DNA of 64,000 bases from Octopus sinensis. Taxonomy: Eukaryota. The stretch spans positions 30,752,001 to 30,816,000 of the forward strand of contig NC_043000.1 in the NCBI RefSeq assembly GCF_006345805.1. Direction: 5' to 3'. The notes beneath the pieces were generated by a model. It was not told where the DNA came from. It searched no databases and saw nothing but the letters and a program-made list of their open reading frames with translations. The position numbers and the translations under genes are program-made. Positions 25,351-39,177 of this stretch are shown here, piece after piece (positions within the stretch are counted from its first letter, which is position 1; each line of letters opens with the position of its first letter).

Positions 25351-26489
25351 GTGTGTCCTATAAACATTGATCGCTTCATCGATCATTGATCTTACATCAT
25401 TACGTGCATTGTTGAAGAAAGAGAAAACACATTGAAATCATTCTTCAAACAGGGAAATTGATTGAAGCCTACTTATAAAGAATCAGCGTCAATTGTGAAA
25501 TTATCGAGTACCATCGACTTTTACAGATGGGATGCCTGTATAATAAAAATGACAAAATATTTACTAACGTTTGCTAATGATAAGTAGGATGGCGAAATTT
25601 TTATTAAAAATTCTATTTTGTAATTGAAACTTTTCATCTTTGACCTCTTCAAGTTTTATCAAATATTTGCTGGGATACTTGCCAAGAAAACAAAGTTATT
25701 CTTTTATTTTTATTAATAAAATGTAATTTTTCCGTGAATTAATTAACGTTCTTAAACAGCTCCTTCAACAATATTGTTAAGTTTGATGAAAATGTCTATT
25801 TCACAGCACATATTGGAAGTTGTAATTAAACAAAGCTCGAACGCTCTTATTTTCAATAGAAACGTGGTTCGGAGTTGAATCATTTAAGCATGGAATATAG
25901 AAAAAAAATTCCTTCATATTGGGAAGATGATTAAGAATAGAGATTAAATAATTAGGAATATAATTGATATACCTTTACCCGATAGGTTTATTTTCAAAGA
26001 AAATCAAATAAATTAAATATATTTAATAATAAATATTGTAAAATATGTAAAAATTTATACCAGAAATAATTTAATTATTTCATAACAAAATTGTATGTTA
26101 TTAAATTATTTCCTTTTGAAATGGATTTGACCTAAAGAACTGCGTATATTTCAATAAAATAATTCAATAAAATATGATGGTAAAAAGCTCATAGTTATAT
26201 ATTGCAAAAGGAATATAGTTAATTGATTATAAATTACAACAGAAACATCGCTGAAGTAAGAAACGTAGCGGACAGGGAAACAATTAATGGAGTTTGTTGA
26301 ATATTTAAGGCAGGCTTTCAAATAAAGAGAAATGGTGTTCGTATCTTTGTATAACTCTATATAACAAAAGCCGATATGATGGGTAATTGGTTGGCTGGTT
26401 GGCTGGCTGACTGATTGATTTCTCCAATCATGCTTTACATCGAATAGAGAGAGAGGGGGAAAAGGACATATTGCTAGCTGCAAAGTTTT

Positions 26490-26633
26490 TTTTTTTATTC
26501 TCTCTTTGTGTTTATTTTCTCGTGTTCCTTTCTGTTGAAGAGTGTAGGCTCGAAACGTAAAATACTTTCTCAATTTCCTGAGCGTTAAACTAATACACCT
26601 GTCTTCGTCTTTTGTTTCTCTGTAAAATTTCAA

Positions 26634-26635
<2 letters not shown>
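26490..26635 (+). mobile_element. Short PLE-terminal-repeat-like element with hammerhead-like motif, copy 1
   Basis: CTGTTGA-A-GAGT-GTAG-GCTC-GAAA-CG-TA at 26532-26559. Confidence 0.7.
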
Positions 26636-26724
<89 letters not shown>

Positions 26725-26736
26725 ATATATATACAC

Positions 26737-26788
<52 letters not shown>

Positions 26789-27714
26789 ATGTCTTATAGA
26801 TAGATGGGGAAAGGACTGGAAAGAGAGATAAGCTAAGAGCATAACTTAAACATTTTATACAGGATCTACATAAGACGTGAAAGATGTGTGCGCACACTAA
26901 GCTTAGTGGCAGACAATGAGTAAAAGAACGTTACTCTCACAATGAGAGAGAAGAAACCATAGAAACAGATGTTGAGGAGAAGCAGGATTAAATGAGAGTG
27001 TATTTATGGGAGGAGTCATACAATCGAGAAATAACAATTTTTCCTCCGTAGACAAACTACACCAGCGGTTACCATATTCTCGTTCAAATCTGTTGCAACA
27101 TATTAAGGATGCACCTGCACATCATTGTATTTAATTTCAGATTCAAGTAATAGCTTATATTCTTAAAATTTACATTCCTTTCGTGATGTTATAAGAACCA
27201 ACAATTTTTATAAAATTTAAATTGTAATTATTTCATGCATCTTTATTTTTAACTTATATTAGTCGTTAGACTGCGTCCTTACTGGGGCACCGCCTCAAAT
27301 TATTTTTTATTCTGATGAATATAGTGTTTAAAACCTGGTACATATTCTATCAGTTCTTTTGCCAAACAGCTCAGTCGCTTAAAATCTCAATACTGTTGTC
27401 AGGTACTGATGGAGGACAGCTGCAAACACACGCATGGACACACACATACGCACACACATATACGGCGGGGGGGTTTTCAGTTTTCATCTCCCAAATCCAT
27501 TTACAATGCATTGGTCAGCCCGAGGTTATAGCAGAAGATTCTCGTCCGAGGAGCCGTGCATAGTCCTTGATTCCGAAACCATGTAGAGAGAGAGAGAGAG
27601 AGAGAGGGAGATGGATCACTGTGGACTCTACTCTTGATGAAAAATCCTTGCAATGCACCACGACGTCTAAACCTTTGAACTTTACGTAAAACTTTATTAT
27701 TATCATTATTATTA

Positions 27715-27869
27715 TTTTTCCCTCCTTGTTTCTTTCTGTGTCCCTTTCTGTAGAAGAGCGTAGGCTCGAAACGTAAAATACTTTTTCAATTCCTGAGCGT
27801 TATACTAATACATCTGTTTGTTTTCTACACCACCTGTCTTCATCTTTTTTTCGTGAACTCTCCCTATAT

Positions 27870-27870
<1 letters not shown>
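27715..27870 (+). mobile_element. Short hammerhead-like element, copy 2
   Basis: CTGTAGA-A-GAGC-GTAG-GCTC-GAAA-CG-TA at 27748-27775; same downstream TTCCTGAGCGTTA.ACTAATAC. Confidence 0.7.
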
Positions 27871-27927
<57 letters not shown>

Positions 27928-28384
27928 CGTTCACAACACTATGGTATACTCTTGAATGAAAGAAGAGGGAATTGTAAGCAAGAAAATATAGCGAAATACA
28001 AATAAACTGAAATAAACGTATCTAAGAGTGTCAATATACAATGACGTTGAATGCTGAAAAGAATTCCTTTATAGAAGACATGTTATCTGTGAGGCGAACT
28101 TATAGCGACTATGTGTATGTAACATGGTGCAATAACTCTACCAGAAGAAAATATATTGGTGATGTCGGACTCTGACTAATGACCGAAACTTTATATCAAC
28201 TGTGCTCTGTAAATATTTATCTGTTTCAATTACTGATCGATTCCGAATATATTAGCCTATAATATTTTATTAGTCTCCCATTTAAAACGTATTTGACTAA
28301 ATCAGTATGAAAGATAAATTAATCTAAGATATATCATAATGAAATTATGTCGACTCAATTTATATTTATAGCTTAACTGACAAA

Positions 28385-28865
28385 TGGTTAATGGCTATGT
28401 GATTAAGAAGCTGGCTGTGTAACCACGGGGTTTCGGGTTCAGTCCTACGGTGTGGAATCTTGGGACAGTGTCTTCCATCATAGCCTTCCATTATAGCCTC
28501 ACGTCGACCAATGCTTTGTGAGTGAAATCGTAAGCGTAAAGTATGAGGAAGCCCGTCATGTACACATACATACATACATACATACATACATACATACATA
28601 CATACATACATACATACATACATACACATACATACATGTGTATGTATGCGCCTTTGTATGTGTGTTTATTGCCTCCGCCGCTTGGCAACCAGTGCTGGAT
28701 TGTATACATCCCCGTGACTTAGCAGTTCGGCATAGACAGCAATCGATTAAATCGCTAGCTAAAAAAATATCTGGGATCGATTTATTCGACAAAAAGCCTT
28801 CAAGGCTATGTTCCAAAATGGCCACAGTCCAATGAGCGAAAGAAATGAAATACTTAAAGATAAAA
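28385..28865 (+). mobile_element. SINE family A, diverged, internal (TACA)n
   Basis: GGGTTCAGTCC, CCAATGCTTTGTGAGTG, GAAGCCCGTC, CCCCGTGACTTAGCAGTTCGGC, ATGGCCACAGTCC. Confidence 0.85.
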
Positions 28866-28977
28866 TAAGTTACCACGTGACAAAGAAGAGAGAAACAAAC
28901 AACATCAGTTTTATTGCTTTCACAAATGAAATAATCACAGCTCGTGATGGCAGTTCTTCATTATTAAGCAGAACAGC

Positions 28978-29345
28978 AAGGCGGCGAGCTGGCAGAATAG
29001 TTAGAACGCCGGGCGAAATGCTTAGCGGTATTTCGTCTGTCATTATGTTCTGAGTTCGAATTCCGCCGAGGTCGACTTTGTCTTTCATCCTTTCAAGGTC
29101 GATTAAATAAGTACCAGTTACGCACTGGGGTCGATATAATCGACTTAATTCGTTTGTCTGTCCTTGTTTGTCCTCTCTGTGTTTAGCCCCTTGTGGTTGT
29201 AAAGAAATAAGTATTTCGTCTGTTGCTACGTTCCGAGTTCAACTTTTCCTTTCATCCTTTCGGAGTTTGATAAAATAAGTACCATTGAAACACTAGGGTC
29301 AATGAAATCGACTAGTCCCCTCCCAACAAAATTTCAGGCTGTGTA
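28978..29345 (+). mobile_element. SINE family B with partial unit duplication
   Basis: AAGGCGGCGAGCTGGCAGAATAG head. Confidence 0.9.
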
Positions 29346-30199
29346 CCTTTAGTAGAAAGGATTACGAAGAAGAATAACGTTACTAAAAAGATGACGGATA
29401 TTATGGAAGTAATTGAGCATTAATTGAAATGCTTTATAAAACATTTTCTTCCATTCAAAACCTGATTTCAAATATTACCTGATAAGAATTTTCCTTTCTT
29501 CGATATAACGACTAATACCTTAAAGCCCGATTATATAGTCCAAGAACTCCTTATGAAACCAAATTAACATTATTGAGAGGAACATTATATCAAAACTATA
29601 TTCTGTGGCATATTATTGCGCTGCTGTCTTAGCGCCATAGATTTAGTGTTAACTTTGCGGTGAAGTGAGATTAAGATGCGTTTAGACTATCCGTTGAAGC
29701 AATTTCATCTCACTTGAGCCGCTAATGTTTCTAAGAATAAAAATAGCAGGAGGTTCGTGTTACATATAGGTCTCTGAAGTAATTAACCATAAACAATATG
29801 GCGGAAGTGTCAACATGCAGACAATGTTGCTTCTATGTTATTTATTACAAGAAACCTGTTTCGTCTGATTAGTGACAGACTTCGTCTGATTAGTGACTTG
29901 CGGCAGAATAGTAATAGTTATTTTGGTAGCAAGTAGCAACAGCAAACATAGAAATATAATCTAAACTTAGATATGATAATTCTAATTCCATTTCAAGACA
30001 AAATAATTGTAAATGAATTCTGTTTCTGATAATTGAAGAATATATAGATCAAAATGTAGTCACGGCCCGATTGATACATTTAAAGGAAGCCACTCTAGTT
30101 GCAAGCAATTTCTAAGATGTTTGCGCTTAAGGAAGGAACGCGTTAGACTTTACAAAAAATACAAGAATATGGAACTATCTTTTATCTTTTATTTTTTAT

Positions 30200-30545
30200 T
30201 TTTGTCTAATTTCATCTAATGGCTGGGGCCATGCTGGAATATCCGCCTTTCAGTATGCTTGAGTTTCCTTTCTGTACATCTTTTGGTGAAGTTGCGCCTC
30301 CTGCCCTGATGTGGGTTCATCTGATATTTCAGATAAAAAATTGTCCCTAGGCTCTCTATATTTAGACCTCGTAAATCTCTCAGAGTGTCCAGCAAAACAT
30401 TGAATAGCTGTGTTTCCCTGAAGCTCAAATTGTTACAGTACAGGGTCCTTATTCGATATCTAGAATGCGGGATCTTTGGTTTTATATAGATGTTCAGTTC
30501 AGTGGCTGGTATAGCTTTCAGTTCCAAAGTTGAGAGCTTGACCTG
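30200..30545 (-). mobile_element. CR1-like LINE 3' end
   Basis: PKIPHSRYRIRTLYCNNLSFRETQLFNVL..LRDL.G, then PDEP-like remnant. Confidence 0.6.
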
Positions 30546-30799
30546 CTAGAATCTGCTAGACCTTCCAGGTCTACACTGAAGAGGAAGCAATCAACCAAAC
30601 AGAACATGAAACATCTCATTATTTCTAGGCCTCAATGAATGATTCATTGCACTTTACTACAGTTTCACAGCTCCAATAAACTACTCGGTAATAGTAGTGA
30701 AGTGGAAGTCTATAACGCCCAGTACAGTCAGAAAAAAAATAATTGATTGAATTTTCAATGATTGTGTGATTGTTTACATCATTAGCCTAATTATTATTC

Positions 30800-31196
30800 A
30801 TTTCTACTCTAGGCACAAGGTCAGAAATTTTGAGGGAGGGGGCATGTCGATTAGATCGACCCCAATAAGAAATTAGTACTTAATTTATCGATCCCGAAAG
30901 GATGAAAGGTAAAGTCGACCTCAGCGGAATTTGAACTCAGAACGTAAAGACAGTCGAAATACCTATTGCTTTACTACCCACAAGGGGCTAAACACAGAGG
31001 GGACAAACAAGGACAGACAAATGGATTAAGTCGATTATATCGACCCCAGTGCGTAACTGGTACTTAATTTATCGACCCCGAAAGGATGAAAGGCAAAGTC
31101 GACCTCGGCGGAATTTGAACTCACAACGTAACGGCAGACGAAATACCGCTAAGCATTTCGCTCGGCGTGCTAACGTTTCTGTCATCTCGCCCCCTT
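30800..31196 (-). mobile_element. SINE family B, dimeric unit
   Basis: Reverse complement of the 6406 copy. Confidence 0.9.
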
Positions 31197-31497
31197 AGTA
31201 CTATTAATATCGTCTGGAATCGTTGAGAAACCTTTTCAGTTGTTTTCCTTTCCGTCACATATAACCTTGAGAAACGATGTCATTTCTATCAACATAATTC
31301 CACGACAGAGAATTTTATTGCTGCATTGTAAAGGAATGCAACATGGCTTCAGTTCTCAACTAGCAAATCAACTGATGTTACAGCTGCAGTTTAAAAATCA
31401 GAGCATGTAATAGCATTCAATTCTCTCTGTTGTTTCGTTTTCTTCGGAAGAAAATCTCATTATCTTGATTCCGTAGTCTACCATAAATTCTCACGTA

Positions 31498-31517
31498 CAT
31501 ACACACACACACACACA

Positions 31518-31610
<93 letters not shown>
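31498..31610. repeat. (CA)n(CT)n(CA)n compound microsatellite
   Basis: Direct inspection. Confidence 0.95.
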
Positions 31611-31612
<2 letters not shown>

Positions 31613-32004
31613 ATATCATACGTATATCTATTTAACTTATATCAGTAAAGTCGACCTCGGCAGAATTTGAATTTACACCGTAACGATGGACGAAATGCAG
31701 CCAAGCAACGGCATTCTAACGATCCAGCCAGCTCGCCATCATAATATTTGTCACCTTTATTGGTTTTAAATTTTGGCACCAGGCCAGCAATTTTGTGTAA
31801 GAGGCTAAGACGAGTACATCGATCCTCGTCGTCTTATTTGTCACTATTTCATGTGTAAATCATTTACACAGACGACTGGTAAACTTCTGAACTCCTGATT
31901 GCGGGCAAACCTCATGTCACAGGTTCGAATATTTTAGCCTCGTAATAAATGTTTCTTCTACATAATCACACACACACACACACACAGAGTTTAATTAGTT
32001 TGCA

Positions 32005-32525
32005 CTTTATTATTATTTCAAATTTTTGCCACAAGGGCAGCTTGGTGGAGATGGGAATGAGTCTATTACATCGACCCGAGTGTTTCACAAGTACTTATTG
32101 TATCGGCCCCGGAAGATTGAAAGACAAAGTCGACTTTGGCGGAATTTGAACCCTGAACGTAGAGAGGACAAACAAGGACAGACAAATGGATTAAGTCGAT
32201 TATATCGACCTAGTGCGTAACTGGTACTTATTTAATCGCCCCACCCCCAGAAGGATGAAAAGCAAAGTCGACCACGGCGGAATTTGAACTCAGAACGTAG
32301 CGACAGACGAAATACCTATTTCTTTACTGCCCACAAGGGACTAAACACAGAGAGGACAGACAAACGGATTAAGGCGATTACATCGACCCCAGTGTGTAAC
32401 TGGTACTTTGGTACTTATTTAATCGACCCCAAAGGATGAAAGTCAAAGTCGACCTCGGTGGAATTTGAACTCAGAACGTAACGGCAGACGTAATACCGCT
32501 AAGCATTTCGCCAGGCGTGCTAACA
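32005..32525 (-). mobile_element. SINE family B with about three internal units
   Basis: Three AAAGTCGAC..GGCGGAATTTGAAC motifs (about 32125, 32265, 32445). Confidence 0.88.
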
Positions 32526-32752
32526 AGTTTGCACTTTATTATAGTCAATAATGCTGTTGTCTGTCTTTGTATGTGTATATGCCTTGAGAAACACACATGA
32601 GACCATAGCACATGATTAGCGCTTTAATTTACTGAACCCTTATTTGCCGTTCACAACGAGAGAATCAATCATATATATACAAATATGCGTAGGTAAATAG
32701 AAATATAGCTTTCAAATGAATATATATGTGTGTGGAGGTGTGTATATATATT

Positions 32753-32800
<48 letters not shown>

Positions 32801-32812
32801 TACACATATTCA

Positions 32813-32857
<45 letters not shown>

Positions 32858-33589
32858 TGTGTGTGTGTGTGTGAGTCTGTTTGTCATATGAGCTATGTGA
32901 GGATAAAATTGCTAACTAATTTATTTTATTTAATTAATGACTGAAATCAACAATTGTAAGACACTTGCAATTATAATTTTTAAACAAATGACACCAATAA
33001 TAATTTTAGCAATGACAATAAACATTATCATTTTTCTTTGTCTTCCAACTAAATTAACACCCAGTACTGTCTGCGAAAAGTAATAATGATATCTTAAACT
33101 CAAATAGTCGAAGAAATAACAGCTAAAAATAGGTCTTTAATTGCAGACTAATCAAGCAAACATTGAAAACACTGTTGTTTTTTAACAAAAAATTACTCTT
33201 CTAATTATTTAATCATTTTACACTTAACAAAGCACATTTTAAAATTTATATAACATTTGCCACTACAAAATATTTTCTTATGTTTTATAGGCGTATGCAT
33301 GGCTTTGTGATAAAAAGCTTGCTTCCCAGCCTCATGGTTTCAGGTCCAGACATCTACTGTTGTGGAATAAACAATCAACCAAAACAAACACGGAACATTT
33401 GATCATTTCTAAACTTCAACGAATGCTTCGTTGGACTTTAATAAGCTAAATAGATTCACCTCTACAATAACCTGTCCGGTAATAGAAGTTAAGTGATGGA
33501 TTATAATGCTCAGTATAGCGAGAGAGAAAAGAGTAAATTTACAACAAACCTTTGTATTTCTCTGTCTCTGTATTTTTGTCTGTATTTAC

Positions 33590-33815
33590 GTATGTGTGTG
33601 TCTTGGTGCCTACGTTTGTCACAAACCCAGCTTGGCAACCTGTGTTCATTTCTTTAAGTCCTCGTAACTTGGTGATTAGGTAAAAGAAACTGACTAAATA
33701 AATACCAAGATTTTTAAAAAAACGAATGGTGGGGTCGATTTGTTCGACTAAACCCTTCAAAGTGGCACCCCATCATGGCCAAAGTCCAATGACTGAAACT
33801 AGTAAAACGTTAAAG
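33590..33815 (+). mobile_element. SINE family A 3' half
   Basis: GCTTGGCAACC, GGGGTCGATTTGTTCGACTAAA, ATGGCC..AGTCCAATGACTGAAAC. Confidence 0.75.
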
Positions 33816-36639
33816 AAAAAAGAGATATAGATAAACATGACATATTAAAATATATATTTCTATTGTAATTATGGCCAACCCAAATCAAAATCGTAAAGGT
33901 ATTTCTACTGTTGGCACTAGCAGTTAAATAAAATGAAAAAAAATAGCATTAAGATCAGGGACCCGATATGAAAATGTAGTCGTTTAAAGCTTACAAGTTC
34001 ACCAGAGTACTAGTTAGTATAGACAAGTGGAAGGCTGTGAAAACCAGTAATGTTTGAAAATACTCTGCTATTTATCTGTAACCTTATAGTGTTAACTGTG
34101 GAATAGCAACATTTACTACTATTTCTTGCGTAGTTTGCCAAGAGGATTAATTCAACATTATGGTAAGCAATTCCCTGATAAGAAACTTTAGCCTGAAGAT
34201 TATTATCGATCATGTTATTAAACTTTTCCAACTCACTATATAAAACAGAAGACTACTATCGAGAGAAGAGGAGATATTATCTTAAGAACAATTCGTATAA
34301 TTACACAAACTTCAGGCGTTTACTATAATTGCGTTCTATAACACACCACTTTTTTTTATATTTCTGTATTTTTTTATTCCTTGCAAGATTGTTGATACTC
34401 GAATATGTAAAGCTGATATAATTTGGTTTGGCATTTTTTATTTATTTATCTGTTTTAATCTATTTGAACATTTAATGTTTTGAAAAGCTGTCATTAATGC
34501 ATTTATCTATTAAAAAGAAATTATTAAAATAAATATTAGTTTAGTATATTATCCGGAACCGGCAATTACTTTCATATTAAGTATTAGCTGGAGAGAAGGT
34601 TACAAGCACTGGTGTCATGTATGTTTTGATAAGTGTCAGGTTAGATAAATGCGAAATATACGCCACGTTGAAGATGGAATGAAGTAAAAGGAATGGAATG
34701 GGAAATAAATTGTTCCAGGGACTGGAAATATAAAAGAAACTGGATACATTTACTATTGAAAATCCTCTACAAACATAATATTGGGAATCGATCGATTGTC
34801 TTGCAATTACCACTTGCTATGGTTAATGCAGATGAAGGAAAGGGTTAGGTATGTGATAGTTACCTAACTTAATAGATGCCTGTATGACTTGATGGATAGG
34901 ATATTGGATTCTGAGGTTAGTGATGTGAAAAAGAAAAGAGAAAGAATGGTAAAGAAATCGTTGGCTCCTCTCTCTTCTGCTAATAGAATTTCACTAGAAA
35001 TTTCTGTCAAATTAGTGAGTTCAGAAAAAAATGTCTTGGATTAGGGAATAGTTTCAATTCAATCAATCGATTGTTGCTTCTTCAGGGTGAATCCTACCAT
35101 TCTCGTTAGGGTTTTGAAAGACTAGAATTTTTTTGTTTCTTTTTCTAATCAAATAATCGAAGTATCTATATCAAATTTTAAATGCTACCAAACCGTACAG
35201 GTTAAAATTATTTCAAACATACATCAGCCATCTTCTTTCAGTTAACATAATTTCTAGACATTAAACTAAACGAAGCTCTGGGTTCTTCGTCGGTCACGAC
35301 GATGAATATGTGGGGTTTTTTTTCAACCAAAGAAATGATTTTCAAAGGGCTTAATTAACCCTACAACCAACATGCATCTTAAACTGGACTGGTTACAATA
35401 TCCAAGATACCTCATCTCAGGGGTGCTTTAACTATCCAGTAGGATTGCAATGCAGACAGTTACACAAAATGTAGCTGCAAAGATTGCTTAGGAGTTTTGA
35501 TCTGAAAGCATCCAGGACCCCTTAGAGTATGAGGAGTTAAAGGCCGAAACACTTGCATGAAGGGAGGGACTTCTCTGAAGATGTTCTGATGTTCACTTCT
35601 CCCTAAATCAGTAAAGAATATTAGCATATTCATTGCACTGATATGTGTTTAGCTGACAATTGTACCCTTAGCAGATTGAGATCAGTCTGGAACTGTAAAA
35701 TTATTGGAAATTTCTAGAGGTAAAAGGAAGATATGTTATGTCAATAGCATTAGTGAAGTGATAATTTATTTATCGACTCTTGAAAGGATGGAAGTGAAAT
35801 TTCAATTCTGCGGCGGTTGAAATCAGACAGTAAGGAGCCGGAGAGAATCTTGGAAGATTTTCTAACCGACCCTTTGAAGATTCGACAATTACCGTCGCCT
35901 TAACAAAGAAACAATTCAAAATTATTCATTATTTAAATATTTCTCTGAATCAAGATGGCCGAAGGAAATACAAACAACCAGAAATATCATTTCTTTACAT
36001 AAACCTATATTTCCATCTGCTGAAAGCTTATATATATATATACATACATTTATATATATATATATATATATATATAATCTCTCTACTTACCATGATATAT
36101 ACACATGTTGGATTTTAGTATTAAATGTGTGCTGTAAGAAGAAAACAACCGCCCACTTATATAGTTTCCTATATCCTAGCTCACATACAGATATTGCATA
36201 TTTTCATATATTCTTTTATTCCTTTAGATTTTTCAGCCAAAAGCATTATATATAGATGACATGTAGAAAACAAAATTTAAATATATTTTCTTTTAATACT
36301 CCTTGATAGAATCAAAACGTATTTCAGTATAAATTTATTTAGCCGCAAACATATCTCCGAGCGAAGTGCTATACACAATTTCAGTAGCATATTTTAGATG
36401 GTTATTAAGGCAAACATATTAGACAGAGGTTTATTTGTCGTTTTCTCTAAAACGAAATAAATACACGAAATTTGAATATTTTGAATATATTCAGCTTGAT
36501 GCTAACCTCACCTCAGTAAAATGACTAAGATTTCACTATAGATGCAAAGACGACTGCTTGTTTACGTGCTTAATTTAAAAAAACATTTTTACAATCGCAA
36601 ATAGACAATCAGTTTTTCTTACCTTTTTTTATATGTAGC

Positions 36640-37170
36640 GAATTTCAGTGGTAACTCTAAAGCATGCATTTCATCCGTATTTAGCTGTACTGCACCGTAT
36701 ATTCCAGAAGTGCAATTATTGTTGCTCAAGGTATCGTTTTTCGGTGTCCTGGCGCTGGCAGTTTACATTCCGAAATGACAATCCTGTCGATATAGTTTGG
36801 GCATCTGTGTTGATTCTTACCATCCTGAGATCGTTTTTGTTGCTATTTCATCGACTTGGGTTTATTGTTGAAGTGTTTGTTACAGGCAAGTTTTACTTGG
36901 TGGTTTCTTGTAGGATGTTTGTCATAAATCTGTCTCGTGTGGTGTACTGGTGTTTCTTTTAGTTCGTGCTGCAGGACTCTCTTTCGTTTCTGGTACTGGT
37001 TCATTTCTGTGTATACTTTCTTTTTCATGTTTTGTAACATCGTGTTCTTTAGTTTTCTTGCTTCATGTTCTGTGAGTCCTGGCCGTTTGAAAGCCGAATG
37101 GACATATTTCGTGTATAGCTTGCAGATGTGTTTTAATGAAGTGGAGCTGTCGGGTAGCTATCTTGATTTT
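36640..37170 (-). mobile_element. Probable decayed N-terminal region of an RLE-type LINE
   Basis: Purine-rich K/T/N/Q-biased remnant ORFs (IKTHLQAIHEI...); no catalytic motif seen. Confidence 0.35.
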
Positions 37171-37367
37171 TAGACAGCAGAAAACGGTGTTTCTCAGTGT
37201 TTTGCTAACTTGGCCAAATAAGTAATGGAGTGGAAACTTAACCGGTGAGTGTGTTAAATTAATAAGGCACTAAAAGAGAATGACTCTCCAAAGGCACAAC
37301 AATATATATATATAAGAATTCATATCATATATACATATATATATATATATGTATGTATAATATGAAT

Positions 37368-37606
37368 TCTTTTATTCTTTTACTTGCTTCAGTCAATTGA
37401 CTGTGGCCATGCTGGAGTACCACCTCTAGTCGAACAAATCGACCCCCAGGACTTATTCGTTGTAAGCCTAGTATTTTTCTATCGCCCTCCTTTATCGAAC
37501 CGTTAAGTTACAAGGACGTAAACAGGCAGGCATCTTTTGTCAAGCGAAGTGGGGGACAAACATAGACACACAATATATATATATATATGTATGTATATAT
37601 ATATGT

Positions 37607-37637
<31 letters not shown>

Positions 37638-37638
37638 G

Positions 37639-37708
<70 letters not shown>

Positions 37709-37765
37709 ATTCCGTCTATCAAATCCACTCATAGATATTTGTTCGGTCCTAGACTATAGTAGAAT
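37368..37765 (-). mobile_element. SINE family A with internal (TA)n
   Basis: CAGTCAATTGACTGTGGCCATGCTGGAG...CCCCAGGACTTATTC. Confidence 0.85.
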
Positions 37766-38364
37766 AAGAGTCATGCTTAAAAAATAATACTGGCATCGAT
37801 TTATTCACTTAAACCCTCCAAGGTGTTGCTCCAGCATAGTCGGAGTCCAGTCATTAAGAGAAGTAAAAGATAAAAGGCACTTATGCAACAACCTTTTCAC
37901 AGATTTCGATCCCTGTATAATCCTTTAAAACCAGTATTATTAGATTAGTGTTATAATTTATTGCCGATGTTTCATGACTTTTAGATTTGACTTTGTGAAG
38001 CCATTTTAAAAGTCAGGTCAAATGTCGAAACATTACCAGTGAGGTCAGAGTTGTTCTACAATGTACAGTTCTGTTTAAACACCAGCATCACTACAGCCTC
38101 TCCGCTCACATTCTGATGTATACGATCGATAGAGAGACAAAGCGGGAGAGGCGGAAATACAAAGACACGTTGGACGTTGTAGTATGATATAAAGGAACGA
38201 GGTCCCAACCACATGATTAAGGGTTCAGCTCTACCGCGTTGTACTTTGGACAATTGTCATCTATTATAGCCTCGGGATGACCAAAGACTTGAGAGTGGAT
38301 TTGTTAGATGGAAACTGACAGAAGCCCAACGTATATATATATACACACACACGATGTGCTTATA

Positions 38365-38518
38365 AGCGCAGCACTGGTAAGTAACTTGCTTACCAACGAC
38401 ATGGCTCCAGGTTCAGTCCCACTGCGTGGCACCTTGGGCAAGTATCTTTTTCTATAGCCTCGGCCCGACCAAAGCCTTGTGAGTGGATTTGGTAGACTGA
38501 AACTGAAAGAACCCTGTC

Positions 38519-38580
<62 letters not shown>

Positions 38581-38810
38581 TATATATATATGTATGTATG
38601 TATGTATATATGTATATTTTTGTGTGCCTGTGTTTGACCCCCTCACCATCGCTTGACAACCGATGCTGGTGTATTTACGTCCCCGTAACCTAGCAGAAGA
38701 GACCAATATAATAAGTACTATGCTTACAAAGAATAATTTCTGTGTTCAATTTCTCCGACTAAAGGCGGTGCTGCTTCATGGCCGCATTCAAATGACTGAA
38801 ATAAATAAAA
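38365..38810 (+). mobile_element. SINE family A, near full length
   Basis: GGTAAGTAACTTGCTTACC...GGCACCTTGGGCAAG...ATGGCCGCATTCAAATGACTGAAAT. Confidence 0.9.
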
Positions 38811-38955
38811 TATATATGTGCGTGTGATTGTGTGTGTGCGTATGTGTGTGTGTGTGTCACAGAGAGAGGAGGGGAAACGAAAACTGTATGGAAAGCGAAG
38901 TTTCTTTTAGCGTGTACAGTCACACACCCCACACCCAAACACACATGCGCGCGTG

Positions 38956-38986
<31 letters not shown>

Positions 38987-39177
38987 ACACACATGCACGC
39001 CCATGCACATTGTATTTAGATAGATTGATAGATAGGTATGAAGTGAAGGGATATTCGTAAAACCCAGCTGATTACCCCAGTTAAATTGTGTAACTACACC
39101 ACCGGGAATTGAAACGATCGTAACCGGATAATAAACGTGCTACCAATGTCGTCAGTCCTTTATTTGTTATATATATA

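Noticed and set aside
35070-35100. Minus-strand CTGAAGA...GAAA hammerhead remnant (similar remnants near 10625, 35530 and 62120)
   Set aside because: Stems too degenerate to support the call
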